From contig JBHLLT010000008.1 of assembly GCA_048938855.1 (NCBI GenBank), positions 112,908 to 125,344 on the forward strand: DNA of 12,437 nt. The letters run 5' to 3'. The first letter of the stretch is position 1; the number at the start of each line of letters is the position of its first letter. The position numbers were made by a program, and so were the translations under genes. Below the pieces are notes generated by a model. The model was not told the origin of the DNA. It ran no database searches and saw only the letters and a list, made by a program, of their open reading frames with translations. Of the stretch, positions 1-7,564 are shown one piece after another. This DNA comes from Promethearchaeota archaeon (lineage in GTDB: Archaea; Asgardarchaeota; Lokiarchaeia; Sigyniarchaeales; SOKP01).

Positions 1-587
1 TGATACGCAGAATTTGCGTCAACCATGATATCAATATCTGGAAATGAATTTCTTACTTCTTTTATTAATTCTTCATCTTTTTTAGCCCCATTTCCAATTC
101 TTAATTTTACTGCCTTAAATCCTCCAAGCTCTGGTTTTAAAGCAGATTCCACAGCACCAACAGCAGCTTTAGCACTATAACCACGAGGCATTGAAGCATA
201 TGCCTTAACTTTCTGCTTTCTTCCGCCTAAGAGCTTATATACTGGTTGTTTCGTCGCTTTGCCGATTATATCCCAACATGCAATCATTATCGCAGAAGTA
301 GATGCAGGTATACCAAACATGATCCTATTTGTATTCTGGTAAATTTCATGAAAAATCTCTTCTACCATAAAAGGATCCTTCTTAACAACTAACTTTTTTA
401 GCGCTTCATCGATAAATTGTTTTTGGGCTAAATTACTTAAATTCCAATGTGATAAAGCCCATCCCTCAATACCTTCATCTGTAATTAAATTGGTATAAAG
501 ACCTGTCGCTTTAAATCTTGGCATAGAACCGATTTTAATTTTAAAATCCAGTTCTAATAAATGAGTCTTAACATCTGTAATGATCAT
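1..587 (-). CDS. Mandelate racemase/muconate lactonizing enzyme family protein (enolase superfamily); partial, 3' end runs off the window start
   Basis: Not in the ORF track; translated by hand from ATG at 587: MIITDVKTHLLELDFK...LITDEGIEGW...SAIMIACWDIIGKATKQPVYKLLGG...VKAYAS...GFKAVKLRIG...DIMVDANSAY. The WDxxGKxxxxPVYxLLGG signature, the KxR motif at strand beta2 and MVDAN (first metal-ligand Asp) are typical of the MR/MLE group. Frame is open to position 1. Confidence 0.93.
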   Translation of the reverse strand, partial: MIITDVKTHLLELDFKIKIGSMPRFKATGLYTNLITDEGIEGWALSHWNLSNLAQKQFIDEALKKLVVKKDPFMVEEIFHEIYQNTNRIMFGIPASTSAIMIACWDIIGKATKQPVYKLLGGRKQKVKAYASMPRGYSAKAAVGAVESALKPELGGFKAVKLRIGNGAKKDEELIKEVRNSFPDIDIMVDANSAY

Positions 588-670
588 AGTTATTATCTCG
601 CAAAACAATTTAATAATAATTTACTTTTTTTCTAGTTAAATTTTTAGAATAAGATATATTTTCTTCACTC

Positions 671-696
671 GAGAAAGGAATTATAATTTTCTTTAG
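671..696. promoter_or_regulatory. Putative BRE/TATA element between divergent genes
   Basis: GAGAAAGG-AATTATAATT-TTCTTT: palindromic TTATAA core at 681-686 with a purine-rich run upstream on both strands, about 25-35 nt before the 710/719 start. Confidence 0.45.
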
Positions 697-709
697 AAAT
701 ATTCTTGGA

Positions 710-1759
710 TTGGTCGTTGTGTCAGACATTTTTGATGAACCAGTGGAAAAAAACCCTAATGAAGCTTTATGTGTTGTGTATGTACTCTACTTTGATGAAC
801 AAAAGGGACAAATTCCCCTCTTAATGTATCCTGACGATCGACTTCGAAATGATAAAAGATACATGCGCCCTATATATTTTCATCCGGTTTGGTTTTTAGA
901 AACTGCAGACCTTGACCATATAGATTTAGAATATAAAGGGTATACCTTTTTTGGTAAAAAGATCAAAACAACATCAAAAAGACAAAAAAGGAGAGCTGGA
1001 CTTGAGGAAGAAACTCCTGAAACGATAGTTATTATTGTTTCCTTACCTTCTGAATTAGATATCTTTGGTGATGAACTTGTTAAGAAACTGACCAATGAAT
1101 TACGAGATCACTTTGAAAATAAATTATATAAAGTAATAGAAAGCGAAATTGCTTCTGACACAGTAATAAAAACGCAAAAAATTGAAGAAATAATTTTAAA
1201 AGGGACAAAAATCAAGGTTTTTATACGTGAATTAATTGATAAGACTGTTAAGGCTTATTTTTCCAATGTTATAGAAAAAAAGTCAGAATCTCCATCTCTT
1301 AAAACGCAGAAGGCAATTTCTTATTTCTCTCTAAAGGGATTCGAGTTTTCACCTCTCAGTAATTTAAGAGGAGAAAGAGATTTTTCAAACGTTGATTTTT
1401 TTGATGATTCACAAAAAGCTACTGACGAAATTGTTTCAAAGCCTGTCCTCACGATTACTTATCTAAATTTCCTTGAAAATAGTCAAGAAATTGAAATTAC
1501 TATCCAAAATAACACAGAAAAGGAATTAAAGAATATTTCAATTATAATTACTCACGTTAAAGAATTTTTTGAAAAAGAAGTCATGAACCAGGAGATTGAT
1601 TACTGGTTCCCTAAAGAGGAACTCTTATTTATTTCTCCTATTGTTCCTCATATTGACGAATATTTAGTTTGTATCAAGAGGGTAGATGGAAGTGGTGATG
1701 GTCAAAATCTTCTTACCCAAAGGATTGATTTAAACGATATTAATAAAATTACAAGTTAA
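710..1759 (+). CDS. Hypothetical protein with N-terminal uDENN/longin-like domain and C-terminal Ig-like beta-sandwich
   Basis: 349-aa ORF (start TTG 710 or GTG 719). LCVVYVLYFDEQKGQIPLLMYP resembles the beta1-beta2 FDxxxGQ...YP hairpin of uDENN/longin domains; RRAG...ETIVIIVSLP resembles the RG..QKSLVLISKLP segment. The C-terminal IEITIQNNTEKELKNISI is a typical Ig-like strand pattern. The ORF is confident; the domain call is by eye. Confidence 0.6.
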   Translation: MVVVSDIFDEPVEKNPNEALCVVYVLYFDEQKGQIPLLMYPDDRLRNDKRYMRPIYFHPVWFLETADLDHIDLEYKGYTFFGKKIKTTSKRQKRRAGLEEETPETIVIIVSLPSELDIFGDELVKKLTNELRDHFENKLYKVIESEIASDTVIKTQKIEEIILKGTKIKVFIRELIDKTVKAYFSNVIEKKSESPSLKTQKAISYFSLKGFEFSPLSNLRGERDFSNVDFFDDSQKATDEIVSKPVLTITYLNFLENSQEIEITIQNNTEKELKNISIIITHVKEFFEKEVMNQEIDYWFPKEELLFISPIVPHIDEYLVCIKRVDGSGDGQNLLTQRIDLNDINKITS

Positions 1760-1761
1760 AG

Positions 1762-2250
1762 ATGGAAATTATAATGTCAAATGATGAAATAAAAGAAGAA
1801 GATATTATTATCAGAAATTATCGCACGTCAGATTATCAAGCAACTTTAGAAATTTTAAAGGACTTAAATGAAATGTTCGATATTGGTTTTGATGAAAAGC
1901 AATGGAGAGAGTCTTCAGGGTTAAGGCAATTTAAACCAAATCTTAAAAGAATTACTTTAATCGCAGAATTAAAATCTACAGGTCAAGTTGTAAGCATGGG
2001 AATGATTGAAGCAATAAAAAATACCCTTGGAAGATATATTGGTTATTTAGACAACTGGGCCACAAAGAAAGAATTTATCGGAAAAGGTGTAGGTAAACTC
2101 TTAGCAGATAGAGCTACTCAAATCCTTGAATCTTGGGGATGCGATTCTATTCGGATCAACCTAGCTTATAAAACAACTAAGAAATTGGTAGATGTATTTG
2201 GAAAAGCAGGGTTCCATCCAATTATTACAGTACTTGAAAAGAGGTTCTAA
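1762..2250 (+). CDS. GNAT-family N-acetyltransferase
   Basis: IIIRNYRTSDY N-terminus; motif A YLDNWATKKEFIGKGVGKLL (acetyl-CoA-binding GxGxG); GCDSIRINL; C-terminal FGKAGF. Alternative start ATG 1774. Begins 2 nt after the upstream stop. Confidence 0.9.
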   Translation: MEIIMSNDEIKEEDIIIRNYRTSDYQATLEILKDLNEMFDIGFDEKQWRESSGLRQFKPNLKRITLIAELKSTGQVVSMGMIEAIKNTLGRYIGYLDNWATKKEFIGKGVGKLLADRATQILESWGCDSIRINLAYKTTKKLVDVFGKAGFHPIITVLEKRF

Positions 2251-2462
2251 AATAATTAATTTATATTTTGCTTCAGATCATCAACGGATTATTATAATTT
2301 GAATTCTTGAAATATCCATATTAGAATTAAAATCAGTCCTCATAAGCAATTTATTTTTTTATTGAGAAAATATTACAAGCGGATATTTGAACTATAATTA
2401 TATGATTCTCTAGGTATTTCATTGAAGTTCCTATCCTTATTCTATAAGTTATAAAGATTACC

Positions 2463-2472
2463 TTTTTATAAA
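2463..2472 (+). promoter_or_regulatory. Putative TATA box for iorAB
   Basis: TTTTTATAAA about 60 nt upstream of the likely iorA ATG at 2533. Confidence 0.4.
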
Positions 2473-2532
2473 GCGTATATTTAGTGTTGTTTAGTGTATT
2501 TAATATTAAACACAATCAAAAGTAGGATTACT

Positions 2533-4521
2533 ATGATAAAGGATGTTATTTCTGAGAATAAAACTCAAGCATTTCTCTTCTCTAATGAGGCAATAGTGAG
2601 AGGGGCCATAGAATCTGATGTTAAAGTAGTAGCATTTTACCCAGGATCACCAGTATCAGAAATTTTAGATACATTTTATCAGATTTCTGATAAGATGGAT
2701 ATTAAAATGGAAATTGCAGCAAATGAAAAAGTAGCGTTAGAGATAATTTCAGGTGCTTCAATGACAGGACAACGTTCATTCACTGCGATGAAGAGTGTAG
2801 GAATGAATGTTGCCTCTGATACTTTTTTTAGTTTAGGGTATACTGGAGTAAATAAAGGGTGTGTGATTGTCTTTGCAGATGACCCCTTTTGCCATTCGTC
2901 TCAAAGTGAAGAAGATGGAAGATTTTTTGGCCAAAATGCCTATATACCATTGTTAGAACCAACAGATCCAGTTGAAGCAAAAGCTATGGTAAAAGCAGCT
3001 TTCGAAATTTCAGAAAAATATAATACTGTTGTCCTAATAAGGACTACTACAAGAATCAACCATCAATCAACAATAGTACCATTAGACCCACTAAATCGAA
3101 CACCATTTACTCGTAATAGTTTTCGAAGCTATAATAAAACCTATTCTACGGTAGGTTCTGTAGCGAGAGAGCTTAAACTCAAAATGTTAGAAAGAACAAA
3201 AAGTATAGAAGCTGAGTTCAACAATTCACCCTTTAATAAATTGGAATCTGGAATTGGTGATATTGGAGTAATAGTTTCTGGGGTGTCTTATAATTATGTG
3301 AAAGAATCTATGAGGAAATTGAAAATTGAACCTCATATTCTAAAAATTGGAACTACATATCCATTACCAAAGGATTTGATAAAAAAATTCCTCACAGACT
3401 TATCAAAAGTTATTATTGTAGAAGAATTAGCACCCTATTTAGAACTAAATGTAAAAGCCTTAGCAAAAGACGCGAATCCTAATTTAATTGTAATAGGAAA
3501 AGAGAGTGGTGATTTTAGTGAGGCTTTTGAATATAATATCCCGATTGTCATGAAAGTTCTAAAAAATGCGTTTAATTTAAACTTGGATTTAAACTATGAC
3601 GATATTTTGAATAATGCCAATCAATTAAAATCTATCTTGCCCCCTAGAATACCCGTGTTTTGTCCTGGTTGTCCTCATAGATCGACTTTTTGGGCATTAC
3701 AAAAGGCTTTAACTGGGAAATCTGATAAAATTGTCTTAATGAATGATATTGGATGTTATTCAATGCTCTTACTTAACAAAAAAATATACTCAAAACTGCA
3801 TGGCGATGATTTATTATTAGCTATGGGTGCTACTTTAGGAGTAAGTAGTGGTGTCTCTTTAGGATCAAACGAAAAAGTTATTTCACTCATTGGAGATAGT
3901 ACATTTTTTCATGCGGGTTTACCTGGAATGATTAATATTTCAAACAATGACGAAAATTTAGTTGTTTTTATTTTAGATAACTCAGTAACCGCTATGACCG
4001 GCCAACAACCTAATCCGGGTACTGGGTATGGACCAGGAGGAAAATCTAAAAATAAAATTCAAATAGAAAATGTCTTAAAGGGTATGGGTTTAAGGAATGT
4101 TCTAATTGTTGACAGTTTTGATACTAAAAAGGCTATTGCTCCTATGAAGAAAGCTTTAGAGGATTCAGGACCAACAGTTATTATTTCTCGCGGTCCCTGT
4201 GCTCTTTGGAATGACCGTAATAAAAGAAAAAGGGGTGAGAAAATACAGCCTTATAGCGTAGATTGGAAAATTTGTAGGAAATGCCATACATGTATGATAG
4301 ACTTTTATTGTCCTGCAATTTCTATGGAATCTACTTTTAAAGAGTATATCGATGATACTGGTAAGAAATTTGAAGGATATTCATCTCATATTAACTCCGA
4401 ATTATGTGATGGGTGTGGAGTGTGTTCAATCATATGTCCTTATACAGATCATGAAAATAGATCTGAAAAAGATGTAATTAAACCATATTATCAGGAGAGG
4501 GAGGTAAAATATGATTTATAA
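2533..4521 (+). CDS. iorA: Indolepyruvate:ferredoxin oxidoreductase alpha subunit
   Basis: NEAIVRG, FYPGSP, ANEKVALE, MKSVGMNVASD, DDP..HSSQSEED, FCPGCPHR, DIGCY, TPP motif IGDSTFFH...DNSVTAMTGQQPNP and a C-terminal 2x[4Fe-4S] domain (CRKCHTC..CP, CDGCGVCSIICP). The ORF track starts at GTG 2494; ATG 2533, preceded by AGGA, is the more likely start. Confidence 0.95.
   Translation: MIKDVISENKTQAFLFSNEAIVRGAIESDVKVVAFYPGSPVSEILDTFYQISDKMDIKMEIAANEKVALEIISGASMTGQRSFTAMKSVGMNVASDTFFSLGYTGVNKGCVIVFADDPFCHSSQSEEDGRFFGQNAYIPLLEPTDPVEAKAMVKAAFEISEKYNTVVLIRTTTRINHQSTIVPLDPLNRTPFTRNSFRSYNKTYSTVGSVARELKLKMLERTKSIEAEFNNSPFNKLESGIGDIGVIVSGVSYNYVKESMRKLKIEPHILKIGTTYPLPKDLIKKFLTDLSKVIIVEELAPYLELNVKALAKDANPNLIVIGKESGDFSEAFEYNIPIVMKVLKNAFNLNLDLNYDDILNNANQLKSILPPRIPVFCPGCPHRSTFWALQKALTGKSDKIVLMNDIGCYSMLLLNKKIYSKLHGDDLLLAMGATLGVSSGVSLGSNEKVISLIGDSTFFHAGLPGMINISNNDENLVVFILDNSVTAMTGQQPNPGTGYGPGGKSKNKIQIENVLKGMGLRNVLIVDSFDTKKAIAPMKKALEDSGPTVIISRGPCALWNDRNKRKRGEKIQPYSVDWKICRKCHTCMIDFYCPAISMESTFKEYIDDTGKKFEGYSSHINSELCDGCGVCSIICPYTDHENRSEKDVIKPYYQEREVKYDL
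4500..4505 (+). promoter_or_regulatory. Shine-Dalgarno sequence for iorB
   Basis: GGAGGT 5 nt upstream of ATG 4511, inside the 3' end of iorA (11-nt gene overlap). Confidence 0.75.
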
Positions 4522-5116
4522 TATAATGACTGGAGGAGTTGGTGGGCAGGGTTTAATGTTAGTCTCAAATATTATAGGTTTGGCTTGTGCTGAATTTAAA
4601 TATAAAATTCGTACAGCAGAGACTCATGGACTTGCTCAAAGATCTGGTTCGATTTATACTCATATACGAATAAGTCAGGATGAAGAGATATTTTCATCTC
4701 TAATTCCTTATGGAGAAGCAGACGTACTGTTATCAATGGAAGCAATAGAAGCACTTAGGAACATAGAATTTTTAAAAAAGGACGGAATTATAATTTTGAA
4801 TAATTATATATGGCATCCTGTTCAAGAAACATTTGAACGAGTTAGAAATGATGAACAGAAATACATTACCATAGAGGAAATTGTTGAAAGATTAAAAATG
4901 ATTACAGATAATATAATAATTATTCGAGCATTAGATTATGCAAATCAAGCTGGTAACGCTCTAACATCTAATGTAGTATTATTAGGGGTTTTAACTAAAT
5001 TAGAGGATTTTCCATTAAGTATTGATAATTTGAAAGAAGTTATTCCTTTAGTAGTTCCAGAGAAAGCCGTTAAGGCTAATATAAAAGCTTTAGAATTAGG
5101 ATATAATTTCACTTAA
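4511..5116 (+). CDS. iorB: Indolepyruvate:ferredoxin oxidoreductase beta subunit
   Basis: GGVGGQG, ETHGLAQRSGS, E.IEALR, NVVLLG, N.KALELG; overlaps iorA. Confidence 0.95.
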   Translation: MIYNIMTGGVGGQGLMLVSNIIGLACAEFKYKIRTAETHGLAQRSGSIYTHIRISQDEEIFSSLIPYGEADVLLSMEAIEALRNIEFLKKDGIIILNNYIWHPVQETFERVRNDEQKYITIEEIVERLKMITDNIIIIRALDYANQAGNALTSNVVLLGVLTKLEDFPLSIDNLKEVIPLVVPEKAVKANIKALELGYNFT

Positions 5117-5120
5117 TTAA

Positions 5121-5129
5121 TTTTTTTTT
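5121..5129 (+). terminator. Oligo-T terminator after iorB
   Basis: T9 run just after the iorB stop, in a 20-nt gap between convergent genes. Confidence 0.55.
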
Positions 5130-5136
5130 AAATGTT

Positions 5137-5619
5137 TCACTTTGTAGAAATCATACTTTTAGGAATCTTTACAGCCAATACTTCACCACGAACACAGACT
5201 TCTCCATTTGCTAGCACATCTACATTTACGATAACCTTTTTCCCTTCAATTTCCTTTACTCTACCAATTAAAACTAGTTCTGTGTTTATTGGTGTGGGTT
5301 TTATATAATCAACGCGAATGGAAGCTGTAACATATCGTAATTCTGGTTCAGTTCCCATATCTCGTCCTTCTGCTGTATAAGCAGCGGCGGCAGCAGTTCC
5401 TGTACCATGGCAATCTATTAATGATGCTATTAATCCACCGTAAACGAAACCTGGAAACGCAGTGTGATATGATTTTGGAGTGAATCTTGCAATACTCTCT
5501 TCACCATTCCAAAAACTTTTGATTTTCATCCCAAATTCATTTAGCCTTCCACAACCATAACAATGACTCATAGGATCAGAATAGTAATCTTGTATTGCTT
5601 TTTTATCCATTATTCTCAC
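5137..5619 (-). CDS. PaaI-family (hotdog-fold) acyl-CoA thioesterase
   Basis: CYGCGRLNEFG N-terminal motif, GFVYGGLIASLID helix, VTASIRVDYIKPTP, GKKVIVNVDV. Start is GTG 5619 or ATG 5610. Confidence 0.9.
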   Translation of the reverse strand: MRIMDKKAIQDYYSDPMSHCYGCGRLNEFGMKIKSFWNGEESIARFTPKSYHTAFPGFVYGGLIASLIDCHGTGTAAAAAYTAEGRDMGTEPELRYVTASIRVDYIKPTPINTELVLIGRVKEIEGKKVIVNVDVLANGEVCVRGEVLAVKIPKSMISTK

Positions 5620-5696
5620 TCTTATTTTTCAAATTATCAATTTTGATATTGATTATGAATTTTGTATTAATAATAATATCAGTTAATTGACCAATT

Positions 5697-7082
5697 TTAA
5701 CTGACTGGTTCAAATCTAGCTTGGAAAAATCTCAAATGTTTCGGTTCAAAAACCATCTTTAATCCGGAGATTGTATCTTTATTTTCATAGAGCCTTATTA
5801 CTGATTCTGCAGTGTATTCCATATGAGTATTAGTGTATACTCTCCTAGGAATTGTTAAACGTACTAATTCTAATGCAGGAAAAATATTTTTTCCAGTATC
5901 TTTATCTCTACCTTTAGAAACTGCACCTCTTTCCATTGTTCTAACAGCAGAATCCTCATAAATAGCTGCTGAAAGTGTTTGTGCTGGCCATTGGTCTCTT
6001 GGAAGGTGAGGCAAGAATTTCAATGCATCTAGAAACACACCGTGACTACCAACAGGTTTTACTATAGGAACCCCAGCTTTATCTAATAATTCTCCTAAAT
6101 ATCGTACTTGATTAATTCGATACTTTAAATATTCATATTGAGCGCCTTCTCGTAAACCTTGAGCAACCGCTTCCATATCTCGACCTGCCATTCCCCCATA
6201 AGTATGGAGACCTTCGAATAATACAACCATTCCTCGAGTATAATCAAATATATCTTTACTATGAGTAGCTAAGAATCCTCCCATATTAACTAAGCAATCT
6301 TTCTTCGCGCTATATATACATCCATCTGAATAACTCATCATCTCCCTGAGAATGTTGACTATAGGTGTATCTTCGTAACCTTCTTCTCGTTCTCTAATGA
6401 AATAAGCGTTTTCGCTTGAACGTGTTGCATCAAAAATGATTTTAAGATTAAATTCATTACAAAATTTTCTTAATTCTCTTAAATTTTTCATTGATACAGG
6501 CTGACCCCCTGCCATATTCACATTCATTTCAACGTTGACAAACGCGATTTTATCGGGACCGTTTTCGTCAATTAGATTTTTCAGTTTATTCAAATCAACA
6601 TCTCCTTTAAAAGGATTCTCATTTTCAGGATCATGTGCATCATCTATTACAACATCAACCATTCTTCCACCTGCTAATTCCACATGAGCTTTTGAGGTTG
6701 TAAAATACATGTTTCGCGGTACTATCTGTCCTGGTTTTGTTAAATGACCATACATTAAATGTTCAGCACCACGTCCCTGATGAGTTGGTACGATATATTC
6801 ATACCCTAATACATCCTGAATTGCTTTTTCAAGTTTGTAGAAACTCCGAGCACCCGCATAAGCTTCATCACCCAACATCATTCTTGACCACTGAACATCT
6901 GACATAGCAGAAGTTCCTGAATCAGTTAATAGATCAATGAAAACATCTTCTGATTTTAATAAAAATGTATTATAACCTGCTTCTTTAATAGCTTCAGTTC
7001 TTCTTTTTTGATCGGGCATTCCAACATGCTCGATCATCTTAATCTTAAAAGGTTCTGGAGGACCATTCATTTTAGAATTCAC
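5697..7082 (-). CDS. tpl: Tyrosine phenol-lyase-like PLP-dependent beta-eliminating lyase (tryptophanase/TPL family)
   Basis: PEPFKIK, IDLLTDSGT, GDEAYAG, THQGRGAE, SAKKD (PLP Lys), VRLTIPRRVYT. Specificity motifs NMYFTT, MERG and LRFF are the TPL type, not tryptophanase (FDTT, EIG, LRHF). Start is GTG 7082 or ATG 7070. Family is certain; substrate is inferred. Confidence 0.8.
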   Translation of the reverse strand: MNSKMNGPPEPFKIKMIEHVGMPDQKRRTEAIKEAGYNTFLLKSEDVFIDLLTDSGTSAMSDVQWSRMMLGDEAYAGARSFYKLEKAIQDVLGYEYIVPTHQGRGAEHLMYGHLTKPGQIVPRNMYFTTSKAHVELAGGRMVDVVIDDAHDPENENPFKGDVDLNKLKNLIDENGPDKIAFVNVEMNVNMAGGQPVSMKNLRELRKFCNEFNLKIIFDATRSSENAYFIREREEGYEDTPIVNILREMMSYSDGCIYSAKKDCLVNMGGFLATHSKDIFDYTRGMVVLFEGLHTYGGMAGRDMEAVAQGLREGAQYEYLKYRINQVRYLGELLDKAGVPIVKPVGSHGVFLDALKFLPHLPRDQWPAQTLSAAIYEDSAVRTMERGAVSKGRDKDTGKNIFPALELVRLTIPRRVYTNTHMEYTAESVIRLYENKDTISGLKMVFEPKHLRFFQARFEPVS

Positions 7083-7564
7083 ATTAATTTATTATTTAAT
7101 ATAAGAATAAAGAATGGTACTTTGAAAAAGTTTTTGGAGATTCTTGCCCATAGTTGTCCCATAAACATTAATTCTCTTTCAAAGTTTTAGAAGTGTGAGA
7201 GAAATAAATTCTCTTAAACGTATTTCCTTTTATTATGTGTTAAGAAAAGAATTTAAATCAATTTTTCACATTTCTTTTCATTTGTCATCTTCAAAAATTT
7301 TTATCTTGTAGTATAGAAAATTAAAAAATTACTAAAAATATACGAGGGAAGAAAAATTAATAATTTGAATTCGTATGAAGAGACCCATAAAGTTAAATTC
7401 TAAGCATTACCATAAAATTTTTTATAAATTAGTCAAAAATGCAAGTGAAGATAATTCTACCATTTAACGATTTTAAGGAAATATATTTATGGTAATACAT
7501 TTAAAATCATATATATCATAATTTTAAAAAGATTATTTAAAATAAAAAAGGGGAAAAATATAAA

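Noticed and set aside
880-1095. 71-aa - strand ORF
   Set aside because: Antisense shadow inside the 349-aa gene; no motifs.
2281-2343. 20-codon - strand ORF in the GNAT-iorA gap
   Set aside because: Too short, with no RBS or motif support.
5635-5648. TATCAA-TT-TTGATA inverted repeat between tpl and the thioesterase
   Set aside because: 6-bp AT-rich arms are expected by chance at this base composition.
5697-7082. Calling this tryptophanase (tnaA)
   Set aside because: The three main specificity positions match tyrosine phenol-lyase; only SAKKD is TnaA-like.
7008-7190. 60-aa + strand ORF
   Set aside because: Overlaps the 5' end of tpl in antisense, has a TTG start and no recognisable features.
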